Notes under the pieces: model-generated
Databases searched by the model: none
The model's input: only the letters and a program-made list of their open reading frames with translations
Told to the model about the DNA's origin: nothing
Part shown: positions 20,215-30,310 of the stretch, piece by piece
Numbering within the stretch: the stretch's first letter is position 1
How the letters are laid out: every line of letters starts with the position of its first letter
Position numbers and translations under genes: made by a program
Origin: Deltaproteobacteria bacterium
Lineage (GTDB): Bacteria; Myxococcota_A; UBA9160; SMWR01
Assembly: GCA_032128115.1 (NCBI GenBank)
Contig: JAQBHB010000033.1
Location: 1-55,230, forward strand
Reading direction: 5' to 3'
Length of the DNA stretch: 55,230 bases

Positions 20215-21467
20215 CGGACTGCCTCCTCGGGAGCCTGGGCTCCGGGCATCAGCGCCGCAATCGGACGCCCCTCCATCCAGTCGGGGACCGGAAGGCCGAG
20301 AAGAGCCAGCGCCGTGGGCGCCACATCCACCGCGCGCACGCTGCCCAGTTTGCCCCCCGCCTCGGCGCCGCGGCCGAAGGCCACGAAGAGTGCTCCCATT
20401 TCTTTCATATCGGAACGGTAGCCGTGGGAGCCGCGCATGGCCGGTTTCTCGGAATCCGATCGCGAAATGGCGGTTCCGGCAGGTGCGATCACCACCACGT
20501 CGCCGAATCGGATGTGACCCAGTCGCAGGTCAGCCGGTGCTTCGGCGCGGCGATGGGCTTCGAGCCCGAGCGCCCGGGCCGTTTCGAGCACGTCCTGCAC
20601 ACGACCTGCACCTTCGTGAAGCGTAACCATGGCGAAGCCGCCGCCGCCGAGCACGCGCGCCGGGATGTCGCGCTGGCGCAGGGCGGCGTCCAGATCCACG
20701 TTGCGATCGACGCGGGCCATGCCGTGATCCGACAACACCAGCAGCGTGGTGGTCTCGAGCAGATCGCGCTCCTCGAGACCCCGCACCAGCCGCGCGAGCG
20801 CCGCGTCCTGCGGGCCCAGGGCGCGCCGCACCGGCAGCGAGCCCGGGCCGTGCACGTGACCGGCCCCGTCGCCCCCGCGAAACCAGCTGGTCACCAGACG
20901 CGGGCGCGCAGCGTCCGGCAGGTCGAGCCAGGCCAGGATCTGCTCCACCTTCTCGGCCTCGGGTGTGGACTCGTCGAACGCCTTCCAGTGGCTAGGCCCG
21001 ATTCCGTTGCGCCAGGGCCCCTGGGACCCCACCCAGTGGAAGGCGGCCGACACCACCCCGTGACGTTCGGCCCACGACCAGATGGGCTCCACCTCGATCC
21101 AGGTGGGATCGTCGCCATACCGGAACAGGCCCCGCACCGGATCCTGGAACACGTTGCCGGTGATGCCGTGGACCTCTGGCGCCACTCCCGTGGCGAGGCT
21201 CACGTGGTTGGGAAACGTATTGGTGGGAAACACGGGAATCAGACGCTCTGCCGTGGCGCCGCGCCGGGCCAGCCCGGCCAGGGCCGGCAATCCGTCCCAG
21301 GTGGTGACGTCGGGCGGGGTCCCGTCCAGGGAGATGACGATGACGCTCGGCCGACGCGCCCCGGAAGATTCGGGCGCGGCCCGGGCGACGCCACTCCACC
21401 ACAGCAGCGCCACACCGGCAATACACGCGCAACTGCGACCCACATGCGATTCATGGATGCGCCCCAT
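20211..21467 (-). CDS. Nucleotide pyrophosphatase/phosphodiesterase (alkaline phosphatase superfamily)
   Basis: ISLDG, PTNTFPNH, D..GH..GP, SDHGM and GSHGY; signal peptide; start uncertain. Confidence 0.88.
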   Translation of the reverse strand: MGRIHESHVGRSCACIAGVALLWWSGVARAAPESSGARRPSVIVISLDGTPPDVTTWDGLPALAGLARRGATAERLIPVFPTNTFPNHVSLATGVAPEVHGITGNVFQDPVRGLFRYGDDPTWIEVEPIWSWAERHGVVSAAFHWVGSQGPWRNGIGPSHWKAFDESTPEAEKVEQILAWLDLPDAARPRLVTSWFRGGDGAGHVHGPGSLPVRRALGPQDAALARLVRGLEERDLLETTTLLVLSDHGMARVDRNVDLDAALRQRDIPARVLGGGGFAMVTLHEGAGRVQDVLETARALGLEAHRRAEAPADLRLGHIRFGDVVVIAPAGTAISRSDSEKPAMRGSHGYRSDMKEMGALFVAFGRGAEAGGKLGSVRAVDVAPTALALLGLPVPDWMEGRPIAALMPGAQAPEEAVR

Positions 21468-21493
21468 CGCTTGCGACCTTATCATCGGACTCC

Positions 21494-22291
21494 ATGAACG
21501 TGGCACTGACGATCGCGGGCTCGGATCCCACCGGCGGAGCGGGCCTGCAGGCGGACCTGCAGGTCTTCCAGCGGCTCGGTCTTCACGGAGCCGGCGTGGT
21601 AACGGCGCTGACGGTGCAGGACAGCGGGAAGGTACACCGCGTGCTGCCCGTGTTTCCCAACGTGGTGCTCGAGCAGCTGCGCGCCTTGTTGGCCGACTTC
21701 AAGCCCGACGTGGTCAAGATCGGCATGCTGGGCAGCGACGACGTGGCGCGCAGCGTGGAACTCGGACTGCGCGACCTGGACGAGGATCCGCGCTACCCCA
21801 TTCCCATCGTAATCGACCCGGTACTGGCTGCCAGCGACGGAACGCCGCTGCTGGAGCGGCGCGCCTTCTCCACCCTGGAGAGGCTGATGGGAAGGGCGGC
21901 CCTGGTGACGCCCAACGCATTGGAAGCCCAGATGCTCACCGGCGCCGATGTCTCCTCCGAGGAAGGCGTGGAAGCCGCCGCCACCAGCCTGCTCTCGTGC
22001 GTGGGTGCCGGGGCCGCGCTCGTAACCGGGGGCGACCGGACGGGCCCGCCCCGGGACCTGCTGGCGGTGCGTGAGGGTGGCGGCATCAGCCTGCGCTGGC
22101 TGGACGGCGAACGCATCGGCCGCGACCCGGTGCACGGCACCGGATGCGCCCTGGCGTCGGCCGCCGCGGCGGGTCTGGGGCGGGGCCTCTCCCTGCTGGA
22201 TGCGGTGGCCGCGGCGCGGGAGTTCGTGGCAGCTGCCCTGCGGCGCGCCGAAGCCCGCGGGAAGCTCGCGCGCTTCCTGGTCTATTCCTAG
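21494..22291 (+). CDS. thiD: Hydroxymethylpyrimidine/phosphomethylpyrimidine kinase
   Basis: LTIAGSDPTGGAG.QADL, KIGML, DPVL, TPN..E and HGTGC. Confidence 0.9.
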   Translation: MNVALTIAGSDPTGGAGLQADLQVFQRLGLHGAGVVTALTVQDSGKVHRVLPVFPNVVLEQLRALLADFKPDVVKIGMLGSDDVARSVELGLRDLDEDPRYPIPIVIDPVLAASDGTPLLERRAFSTLERLMGRAALVTPNALEAQMLTGADVSSEEGVEAAATSLLSCVGAGAALVTGGDRTGPPRDLLAVREGGGISLRWLDGERIGRDPVHGTGCALASAAAAGLGRGLSLLDAVAAAREFVAAALRRAEARGKLARFLVYS

Positions 22292-23370
22292 TTCTCGGAC
22301 ATGCGCACGGGCAGGCGGCGCGCTCCCCAGGTGCCGGGGACGCCTTCGAAGACCCCGGCGCAGCGGACGCCGCAGGTGCGGCAACGGCCCGCGTCGTCGA
22401 GGCCCCACGACGTGATCACGTAGCGGTCGCGACCGATCAGCGTCTCGCCGCAGCCGGTGCATGCCGTGCTCTGTCCCTCCGGGTCGTGAACGTTCCCCGT
22501 GTAGACGTAACGGGCGCCGTGCTCCATCGCGATGCGGCGGGCGCGGACCAGGGTTTCGAAGGGCGTGGGGGGGACGTCGCGCATGCGATAGTCCGGGTGG
22601 AAGGCGCTGAAGTGCCACGGCACCTCGGGCCCCAGATGGTCGGTCACCCAGCGGCTCGCGGCGGCCAGCTCTTCGTCGGAATCGTTCTCTCCGGGAATCA
22701 GCAGCGTCGTGATCTCCAACCACACGTCCGTTTCGTTGTGCAGGTACAGCAAGGTGTCGAGAACGGGCTGCAACTCGCCGCCACAACGCTTGTGGTAGAA
22801 CGCCTCGGTGAAGCCCTTGAGGTCCACGTTGGCCGCGTCCATGTGGCGGAACAACTCCCGCCGAGCTTCCTGGCACACATAGCCCGCGGTGACGGCGACG
22901 CTGCGCAGGCCCCGAGTCCGGCAGGCCACCGCAGTGGCGGCCGCGTACTCCAGGAAGATCACCGGGTCGTTGTACGTGAAGGCAACGCTGCGGCAGCCGA
23001 GGTCGCCCGCCACCTGGGCGATCCGGTCCGGCGGGGCTTCGTCGGCCAGGGTGTCGATTTCGCGCGATTTGCTGATGTCCCAGTTCTGACAGAAGCTGCA
23101 GGCCAGGTTGCAGCCGGCGGTGCCGAACGAAAGCACGGGCGTACCGGGCAGGAAATGGGCCAGGGGTTTCTTCTCGATGGGATCCACGCAATAGCCGCTG
23201 GAACGACCGAAGCTGGTGAGAACGATCTCGTCGCCGCGCCGGGCCCGCACGAAGCACAGGCCGCGCTGCCCCTCCGAGAGGCGACAGTGCCGGGGGCATA
23301 CATCGCACTGGATGCGGCCGTCCGGGGCCCGGCCCCAGAAGCGCGTGGAAACCACCGATTGCCCGGGCAC
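22288..23370 (-). CDS. amrS: AmmeMemoRadiSam system radical SAM enzyme
   Basis: GGGGAGG RBS, GTG at 23370; DPIEKKPL.HF.PG, GCNLACSFCQNW and AFTYNDP. Confidence 0.9.
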   Translation of the reverse strand: MPGQSVVSTRFWGRAPDGRIQCDVCPRHCRLSEGQRGLCFVRARRGDEIVLTSFGRSSGYCVDPIEKKPLAHFLPGTPVLSFGTAGCNLACSFCQNWDISKSREIDTLADEAPPDRIAQVAGDLGCRSVAFTYNDPVIFLEYAAATAVACRTRGLRSVAVTAGYVCQEARRELFRHMDAANVDLKGFTEAFYHKRCGGELQPVLDTLLYLHNETDVWLEITTLLIPGENDSDEELAAASRWVTDHLGPEVPWHFSAFHPDYRMRDVPPTPFETLVRARRIAMEHGARYVYTGNVHDPEGQSTACTGCGETLIGRDRYVITSWGLDDAGRCRTCGVRCAGVFEGVPGTWGARRLPVRMSEN

Positions 23371-23459
23371 CGTTCGCCTCCCCTGCACCAGAGTGTAACC
23401 GGGTTGCAATTTCGGGCTTCCACCGCACACTTTCGAAGGTCGAGAACCCGGGGGTTCGC

Positions 23460-24260
23460 GTGACCCAGGAGATCGTGCGGCCGCCGGCCGTCGCCGGCAG
23501 CTTCTATCCGTCGGATCGGGACGAGCTCGATGCCGCCGTGAGGGGCTACCTGGAGTCGGTTCCCGCCGCAGATCGCGACGAGCCCACGCCGGTGGCGTTG
23601 ATCGTCCCCCATGCGGGATACATCTACTCGGGCCCGGTGGCCGCTTCGGCCTACGCGCGCGTCGCCCCGGCGCGCGACCGCATCCGCCGGGTGGTGCTGC
23701 TGGGGCCGGCCCACCGGGTGCCGGTCGCGGGGCTGGCCGCACCGGACGCCACGGCCTTCGAAACGCCCCTGGGCCGCGTGCCATTGGATCGGGTGTCGCT
23801 GCGCCGCGCGGTCGCACTGCCCCAGGTGGAATTCTTCGACGCCGCCCACGCACGCGAACACAGCCTGGAAGTCCACCTGCCGTTCCTGCAGCACGTGCTC
23901 GCGGACTTCGCCCTGGTGCCCCTGGTGGTGGGCAACGCCTCGCCGCAACAGGTGGCCCGGGTGCTCGAGTCCTTGTGGGGAGGTGACGAAACGCTCGTGG
24001 TCGTGAGCACCGACCTCAGCCACTACTACGACTACGCCACGGCCAGGCAGATGGACGCGGAAACCAGCCGCGCCATCGAATCCCTGCAGCCCGAAGCCAT
24101 CGGGACCGAGCGGGCCTGCGGACGCATCCCCGTCCAGGGCCTGCTGCTGGAAGCGAAACGCCGCAAGCTCGCGGTGCACGCGGTCGACGTGCGCAACTCC
24201 GGCGACACGGCGGGATCCCGGGATTCCGTGGTGGGCTACGGCGCGTATGTCGTGGGATGA
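23460..24260 (+). CDS. amrB: AmmeMemoRadiSam protein B (MEMO1 family)
   Basis: RPPAVAGSFYP, PHAGYIYSG, EHSLEV.LPFLQ, DLSHY and NSGD..VVGY. Confidence 0.92.
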   Translation: MTQEIVRPPAVAGSFYPSDRDELDAAVRGYLESVPAADRDEPTPVALIVPHAGYIYSGPVAASAYARVAPARDRIRRVVLLGPAHRVPVAGLAAPDATAFETPLGRVPLDRVSLRRAVALPQVEFFDAAHAREHSLEVHLPFLQHVLADFALVPLVVGNASPQQVARVLESLWGGDETLVVVSTDLSHYYDYATARQMDAETSRAIESLQPEAIGTERACGRIPVQGLLLEAKRRKLAVHAVDVRNSGDTAGSRDSVVGYGAYVVG

Positions 24261-24822
24261 ATCCGGACCCGAGGCCCGCGCCCGGCTGCTGCAGGTGGCG
24301 CGGGCCTCGGTGGCCCACGGACTTCGCGAGGGACGGGCCCTGCCGGTGGCCCTCGAAGACTGTGAGCCGGGGCTGCGGGAGCGCGGTGCGTGCTTCGTGA
24401 CCCTTCGGCGCGGCGCGGCCCTGCGCGGCTGCACCGGAAGCCTCACGGCCGTGGATCCGCTGGTGGTGGACGTGGCAAACAACGCCTACCGGTCGGCCTT
24501 CCACGACCCGCGCTTCCCGCCTCTCGAGAGCGAAGAGCTGGCGGGTCTGTCTTTCCACGTTTCGATCCTGAACCCGACCGAGCCCCTGCCCGTGACGTCC
24601 GAGCTCGACCTCTTCGCGGCGCTGCGACCGGGGGTCGATGGCCTGGTGCTGCGCGAAGGTTCGCGCTCCAGCACGTTCCTGCCCGCGGTGTGGCAGAGCC
24701 TTCCCGAGCCCCGGCGTTTCGTGGCCGAGCTGAAGCGCAAGGCCGGGCTGGCTGGTGACCATTGGTCGGATCGCCTGCGCTTCGAGCGCTACACGGTGGA
24801 AGAGGTGGGCGAGGCCGATTGA
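24247..24822 (+). CDS. amrA: AmmeMemoRadiSam protein A (AMMECR1 family)
   Basis: FVTL..LRGC.G, DPRF, TFLP.VW and LK.KAG. Confidence 0.9.
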   Translation: MSWDESGPEARARLLQVARASVAHGLREGRALPVALEDCEPGLRERGACFVTLRRGAALRGCTGSLTAVDPLVVDVANNAYRSAFHDPRFPPLESEELAGLSFHVSILNPTEPLPVTSELDLFAALRPGVDGLVLREGSRSSTFLPAVWQSLPEPRRFVAELKRKAGLAGDHWSDRLRFERYTVEEVGEAD

Positions 24823-26249
24823 TCCCGCTGGCGCAGCGCCTCCAGAAGCTTCTCGCACAGGTTTCCGAAAGCGCCGTTGCTCATGACGAGCACCACGTCG
24901 CCGGGTTCGCACTCGCGGGCCAGGCGATCCACGATGGCGTCCACGTCCGCAAGCGCCAGGGCATCGAGCCCGCGCGCACGCAGGGCCTCCGCCAGCTGCT
25001 CCGCCGAGAATCGTCCGGTGACGGGACCGGTCGCGCTGTAGAGCGGGCGGGCGGGGACCGCATGCACGCGAACCCGGTCGGCGCCGTCGAAGGCGCGGGC
25101 GTAATCGTCCTGGAACACGCTGCGCTGGCTCGTGTTGGTGCGCGGCTCGAAGACCGCCACCAGGCGGCGATCCGGATGGCGCGCGCGCAGCGCCTCGATC
25201 GACGCCGCCACTGCCGTCGGGTGGTGGGCGAAATCGTCGATCACGGCCACCCCGCACACCTCGCCCCGCAGCTCCTGACGGCGCTTCACCCCACGGAAGC
25301 CGGCCATTGCCGCGATCCCTTCGTTCAGCGGCACACCCAGGACGTGTCCCGTGACCAGCGCGCCCAGGGCGTTCTCCACGTTCACGCGCCCGAACAGCGG
25401 AATCTGGGCGCGCAGCCGGGTCTGGTCGTCGCCCACCACGTCGAACCGCGTGCCGTCGGCGGAAGCCTCCAGGTTTTCGGCGCGCCAGTGCAGATCCGCC
25501 CCGGAGAGCCCGTAACCCACCACCCGGCAGGGCGCGTCGCCCACTACGTCGCGCACGCCCTCGTGATCCAGCGCCGCCAGCAACGTGCCGTGTGCGGGAA
25601 GCTGGGACACGACGCGGCGGAACGATTGCTTGACGTGGTCCAGATCGCGATAGATGTCGGCGTGGTCGAACTCCACCGAGCTGATCAACAACGTGCGCGC
25701 GCCGTAGTGCAGGAACTTCGGCGTCTTGTCGAAGAAGGCGGTGTCGTACTCGTCACCCTCCACCACGAAGTGCTCGCCGCCGCCCTCGCGGAAGCCCCCG
25801 CCCACCTCCTCGAGCACGCCCCCCACCAGCAGCGAGGGGTCGCGGCCGCTTCCCAGCAACAGGGTGGCCAGCAGGCTGGTGGTGGTGGTCTTGCCGTGGG
25901 TGCCGGCGATCACCACCGAGTGCTTGCCGGCGATGGCGTGCTGGTAGAGGGCATCGGGAAAGGACAGGTACGGCAGGCCCTCGTCGATGGCGGCGCGGGC
26001 TTCCGGGTTGTCGGCGCGAACGACGTTTCCGATCACCACCAGATCCGGCGGATTGTCGAGCACGTGCTCGGCCCGGAATCCCTCGAATACCGGAACTCCC
26101 CAGCGCGCGAGCGCGGTGCTCATGGGGGGATACAGGGACTCGTCGGATCCGGTGACCTCGAGGCCGCGCGCGTGCAGCAGCCCCGCGAGCGATCCCATGC
26201 CCGTTCCGGCGACAGCAATGAAGTGGACGCGGCGCATGGACTCGCTCAC
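24789..26249 (-). CDS. mpl: Murein peptide ligase Mpl
   Basis: GTGMGSLA, YPPMST, GTHGKTTT, EGDEYDTAFFDK, DDFAHHPTA, EPRTNT and MSNG.FG; start 26249 or 26237. Confidence 0.88.
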   Translation of the reverse strand: MSESMRRVHFIAVAGTGMGSLAGLLHARGLEVTGSDESLYPPMSTALARWGVPVFEGFRAEHVLDNPPDLVVIGNVVRADNPEARAAIDEGLPYLSFPDALYQHAIAGKHSVVIAGTHGKTTTTSLLATLLLGSGRDPSLLVGGVLEEVGGGFREGGGEHFVVEGDEYDTAFFDKTPKFLHYGARTLLISSVEFDHADIYRDLDHVKQSFRRVVSQLPAHGTLLAALDHEGVRDVVGDAPCRVVGYGLSGADLHWRAENLEASADGTRFDVVGDDQTRLRAQIPLFGRVNVENALGALVTGHVLGVPLNEGIAAMAGFRGVKRRQELRGEVCGVAVIDDFAHHPTAVAASIEALRARHPDRRLVAVFEPRTNTSQRSVFQDDYARAFDGADRVRVHAVPARPLYSATGPVTGRFSAEQLAEALRARGLDALALADVDAIVDRLARECEPGDVVLVMSNGAFGNLCEKLLEALRQRDQSASPTSSTV

Positions 26250-26253
26250 CACT

Positions 26254-27411
26254 TCACCCGGCGAGGAAGGCTTCCATGACGTGATCGTGGACCAGCGGGC
26301 GCAGCCCGAACAGACTGCGCTTCGCCACCAGGTGCACGCGGTTGGTGAGCAGCACCACCACCGTCTCTTGGTCCAGGTCGATCCACAGGGAGGTGCCCGT
26401 GAAGCCCAGGTGTCCCACCGAGTTGGCCGAAAAATGCTGGCCCGAGCTGGAAGCACCCGGCGTGGGCGTGTCCCAACCCAGGGCCCAGTCGCTGGCGCCC
26501 GGGATTCCCTGTCGCGTCAGGAAGAGGCGCAGCATCTCGCGCGGCAGGGCGTCGCTGCGCCCGTGCCACACATCGAGCACGGCGCGGGCGAAGGTCAATA
26601 AGTCGTCGGCCGTGGAGAAGAGGCCCGCATGGCCCGCGATGCCGCCCATGACCGAGGCGTTGGGGTCGTGCACCTCGCCCCACAGGATGCGTCCGCGCCA
26701 GGGGCAGTTCTCGGTGGCCGCCATCTTGCGGCGCAGGCTTTCGGACAGCTCCGGCGCGCCGTCGCCCAGGGGCACGAAGAAGGTGTCGTTCATGCCCAGG
26801 GGCGCGAAGATGCGCTCGCGGCAGAAGTCGTCGAGCGGTTGGCGCGCCACCGCCTCCACCACCGCGCCCAGGGTGATGAAATCCAGGTCGCCGTAGACGG
26901 ACGCCTCGCCGGGCTCGTGAACAAGCCCCGAACGCAGGGTCCGCTCGATCACCAACTCCCGTGCCGCGGGAGTCCCGATCAGGCGCTCGCCCGTCTTGCG
27001 CTCCTTCTCGAGCAGCAGCTCGTGGAAGCCCCGCCAGGGCTTGAGGCCCGAGGAGTGGGTCAGCAGGTGGCGCAGCGCAACCCCGTCCTTGTCGCGGTCG
27101 GAGAAGGCGGGCAGGAACTTCGAGACCGGATCGTCCAGGCCCAGGGCACCCTGGTCGGCCAGCAACATCACCGCCGTCGCGGTGGCCATGGGCTTGGTGA
27201 GCGACGCCAGGTCGAAGCGCGTCTCCCGCGTCATGGGAATCCGCTCCGGGCGTACCACTGCCAGGCCCCGCACCGACTGGTGCTCAAGCACCTCGCCGTC
27301 GCGCAGCATCCGCGCCAGCAGCACCGCCCCGGGCGTCTCCGTTCCCGCGATCGCCTTGTCGATCACGCGGTCGACGCGCAAAAGCTTCCGCCGGATCACA
27401 CTGTGCTTCAC
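26254..27411 (-). CDS. Serine hydrolase, beta-lactamase family (AmiE-like)
   Basis: FDLASLTK (SxxK), LLTHSSG, VHDPNA..MGG.AGHAGLF and GHLGFTGTS; GTG at 27411. Confidence 0.85.
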   Translation of the reverse strand: MKHSVIRRKLLRVDRVIDKAIAGTETPGAVLLARMLRDGEVLEHQSVRGLAVVRPERIPMTRETRFDLASLTKPMATATAVMLLADQGALGLDDPVSKFLPAFSDRDKDGVALRHLLTHSSGLKPWRGFHELLLEKERKTGERLIGTPAARELVIERTLRSGLVHEPGEASVYGDLDFITLGAVVEAVARQPLDDFCRERIFAPLGMNDTFFVPLGDGAPELSESLRRKMAATENCPWRGRILWGEVHDPNASVMGGIAGHAGLFSTADDLLTFARAVLDVWHGRSDALPREMLRLFLTRQGIPGASDWALGWDTPTPGASSSGQHFSANSVGHLGFTGTSLWIDLDQETVVVLLTNRVHLVAKRSLFGLRPLVHDHVMEAFLAG

Positions 27412-28331
27412 GATCTCCCCGCCACTCCCGGCTCGAGGATCTGCAGCTCGCCCGTCTCGCCGTTCAGGGTAGCGCGGCCTCCCACCGGCCAGGGCTGGTT
27501 GTTTCGGCAGTGGCCGAACGGCAGACCCGTCACCAGCGGGATGCCCAGGGGACGCACCAACTCCTCGACGATCGACTCGGCGGTGATGTTCGGGTAGCGG
27601 TCGTCGACGCAGCTTGCGAAGTCGCCGAGCCCGATGCCCACCGCGGCAGCGAGCTTCCCCGATCCGCGCAACTGCTGCAGCATGCGGTCGATCCGGTACG
27701 GAAGCTCGCCCCTGTCTTCCAGCAGCAGGATCGCGCTCCGGGTGTCGATCTCCCACGCAGTGCCAATGCTGGCAGCCACCAACGTGAGCGACCCCCCCGC
27801 CAGGCGTCCCGCCACCCGCTCACCCCCGCGCCCATGCCCGCGCAGCACCCGCGGCGCCGGGTCGGCCGCCGTGATCACGTCGACCAGGGCCGCGAGCGCC
27901 AGGGGGTCCACGTCAGCGCCCCGGTCGAGCATGGGGCCGTGCACGCCCATCAGACCCGCGCAGCGACGCTGCCACAACAGGAGCGCCGTGATGTCGCTGT
28001 AGCCCACCAACGGTTTGGCCGCATCGCGAACCGCCTGGGGATCGAGCATGTGGAGGATGCGATCGCAGCCGTAGCCGCCGCGTGCGCACACGATTCCGTC
28101 CACGCGGGAATCCCCCACCAGGTCCATGAACTCCACGGCGCGCCGCGCATCGTCGCCCGCCAGGTAGTCGCGCCGCGCCAGCAGGTCGTCGCGGCGCAGC
28201 GTCTCGAAGCCCAGGTCGCGCAGCATGGCCTCGCCCTCGGCGAGGGCCGCAGGCTCTACCGGACCGCCCGGTGCGGCGATGCCAAGGGTTGCGCCGCGGC
28301 GCAGCGCGCGGGCCGGCTTCAGGCGCGGCAC
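27408..28331 (-). CDS. ldcA: LD-carboxypeptidase (peptidase S66)
   Basis: LAG.D..R, ARGGYG, GYSDIT, HGPM, ED..E..Y.IDRML and FGH. Confidence 0.88.
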   Translation of the reverse strand: MPRLKPARALRRGATLGIAAPGGPVEPAALAEGEAMLRDLGFETLRRDDLLARRDYLAGDDARRAVEFMDLVGDSRVDGIVCARGGYGCDRILHMLDPQAVRDAAKPLVGYSDITALLLWQRRCAGLMGVHGPMLDRGADVDPLALAALVDVITAADPAPRVLRGHGRGGERVAGRLAGGSLTLVAASIGTAWEIDTRSAILLLEDRGELPYRIDRMLQQLRGSGKLAAAVGIGLGDFASCVDDRYPNITAESIVEELVRPLGIPLVTGLPFGHCRNNQPWPVGGRATLNGETGELQILEPGVAGRS

Positions 28332-28353
28332 CGCATGTCCCGCCGCCGCTGCA

Positions 28354-29802
28354 CTAGAAGAAGTCGCCCCCGGAGCTTTGGGGGCCCGCCGGGTAGGCGC
28401 TCGGCGTCGGGGAATGACCGCCCGGGGAACTCTCGTCGGCCAGATTCCGGAAGTTCGCGTAGCGATCCTCGAACGCCAGTCGCACGGTTCCCGTGGGCCC
28501 GTTTCGCTGCTTGGCCAGGATGAGTTCGGCCAGGCCCTGGTTTTCCTCGGTGCGGTTGTAGACCTCTTCCCGGTAGATGAAGGCGATCACATCGGCGTCC
28601 TGCTCGATGGCGCCCGACTCGCGCAGGTCGCCCATGTTCGGGCGCCGTTTGTCCGGATCGCGCTGTTCGGGCCCTCGGTTGAGCTGGGAGAGGGCGATGA
28701 CCGGAATGTCCAGCTCCTTGGTCAGCGCCTTGAGTCCGTGGCTGATCTGGGCGATTTCCAGATCCTTGCGCGCCGTGGGCGTGTCGCCGTGGGCGAGCTG
28801 CAGATAGTCCACCATCACCAGATCCAACCCCCGCTCGGAGGCCAGGCGCCGGCACTTGGCCTTGATCTCCAGGATCGTGATCATGCCGGAGTCGTCGATC
28901 CAGATCTCGGCGTTGGCCAAGGTGCCCCCGGCTGCCACGAGGCGAGTGTGATCCCCCACCGAGCCGAAGCCCCGACGGAAGCTCGAGAAGTCGACGCGCG
29001 CCTCGGACGAGAGCAGACGCAGGGCCAGCGCGCGCTTGGTCATCTCCAGCGAGAAGATCGCCACCTTCTTCCCGGAGTCCACGGCCGCGTTGCGGGCGAT
29101 GTTGAGCACGATCGCGGTCTTGCCCATGCTCGGGCGGGCGGCCACCACCACCAGCTCGCCGGGTTGGAGACCGCCGGTCTTCTCGTCGAAATCCTTGAAG
29201 CCCGTGGGCACACCGGTGAGCTCTCCGCCGCGGGCCATCAAGCCCTCGACGTAATTGAGCGCATCGTCCATCTCGTCGTGGAGACTCCGGAAGGTCTGCC
29301 GGCTGCGCGCCTGGCTGAGCTCGAAGATCCGCGACTCGGCGAAGTCGAGTAGCTCCTGGGCCCGGTCGGACTCGTCGAAGCCCGCCTCGGCGATTTCCGA
29401 GGCAACGGAGATCAGGCCGCGCTTGATGGACTTGTCGCGCACGATGCGCGCGTGCTGGACCACGTTGGCGGCGGTGGCCTCGTAATCGGCGATCTCCGCC
29501 AGGAAGACCGGGCCGCCCAGACCGTCGAGTTCCTTGCGCGCGTTCAGGTAGTCGGAAAGCGTGTGCAGGTCGACGGGCTCGTTGTCGTCCTGGAGCGCGA
29601 GCATGGCCCGGAAGAGTTTCTTGTGCGACGGGTGGTAAAAATCCTCGGGCTTCAGCTCGGTGAGAACCAGATGGATCGCGCTGTTGTCCAGCAGCAGGCC
29701 CGAGAGGACCGCCTTCTCCACCTCGAGATCGTGGGGAGGGACCCGGCCCGAGATCCGCGCCCCCTCGCGGGGCGTCTGCCCCGGTGTCGTCGTCCTCGCC
29801 AT
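28354..29802 (-). CDS. dnaB: Replicative DNA helicase
   Basis: ARPSMGKT, FSLEM, DYLQL, LSQLNR and DLRESGAIEQDAD; no intein. Confidence 0.97.
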   Translation of the reverse strand: MARTTTPGQTPREGARISGRVPPHDLEVEKAVLSGLLLDNSAIHLVLTELKPEDFYHPSHKKLFRAMLALQDDNEPVDLHTLSDYLNARKELDGLGGPVFLAEIADYEATAANVVQHARIVRDKSIKRGLISVASEIAEAGFDESDRAQELLDFAESRIFELSQARSRQTFRSLHDEMDDALNYVEGLMARGGELTGVPTGFKDFDEKTGGLQPGELVVVAARPSMGKTAIVLNIARNAAVDSGKKVAIFSLEMTKRALALRLLSSEARVDFSSFRRGFGSVGDHTRLVAAGGTLANAEIWIDDSGMITILEIKAKCRRLASERGLDLVMVDYLQLAHGDTPTARKDLEIAQISHGLKALTKELDIPVIALSQLNRGPEQRDPDKRRPNMGDLRESGAIEQDADVIAFIYREEVYNRTEENQGLAELILAKQRNGPTGTVRLAFEDRYANFRNLADESSPGGHSPTPSAYPAGPQSSGGDFF

Positions 29803-29842
29803 GGCACACCCCCCAGTGGCAAAAGGCGGGCCTGATTCTACA

Positions 29843-30298
29843 TCACTGCTCGGCGGTGACTGTGACCTTGATCTCGGCCGAGACCTCGCGGTGCAGCCGA
29901 ATGGAAACCGTGTGTTCGCCAGCTTCCTTGATCGGCTCGGCGAGAGCGATCTTGCGTCGATCGATCTCGTAACCCTTCTCCGCCAGCAGGTCGGCGATCT
30001 GGGCGACCGTCACCGACCCGAAGAGCTTGCCCTCGTCGCCCACGCGCGCCGTCACTTCCAGCGACGTCCCGGCCAGGCGGTCGCGCAGCGCTCCCAGGTC
30101 CACGAGCTCCTTGGCCGCCTTATCCGACACCACTCGCTTGAGGTGTTCGACCTCGCGAACCCGGCTATCGGTGGCCAGGATCGCCTTGCGCTGGGGCAAC
30201 AGATAGTTGCGTGCAAAGCCGGGCTTGACGCGCACCACATCCCCCACCTCCCCCAGGCTGGGAACCGACTCGCGCAGGATCAGGGTCACCTGGGCCAC
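29843..30298 (-). CDS. rplI: 50S ribosomal protein L9
   Basis: VKPGFARNYLLP and KLFGSVT. Confidence 0.97.
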   Translation of the reverse strand: MAQVTLILRESVPSLGEVGDVVRVKPGFARNYLLPQRKAILATDSRVREVEHLKRVVSDKAAKELVDLGALRDRLAGTSLEVTARVGDEGKLFGSVTVAQIADLLAEKGYEIDRRKIALAEPIKEAGEHTVSIRLHREVSAEIKVTVTAEQ

Positions 30299-30310
30299 GA
30301 CGGCGTCCCC

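Noticed and set aside
26254..27411. Antibiotic-resistance beta-lactamase
   Set aside because: No evident signal peptide, YGD/HLG motifs, and a recycling-gene context point to a non-resistance hydrolase.
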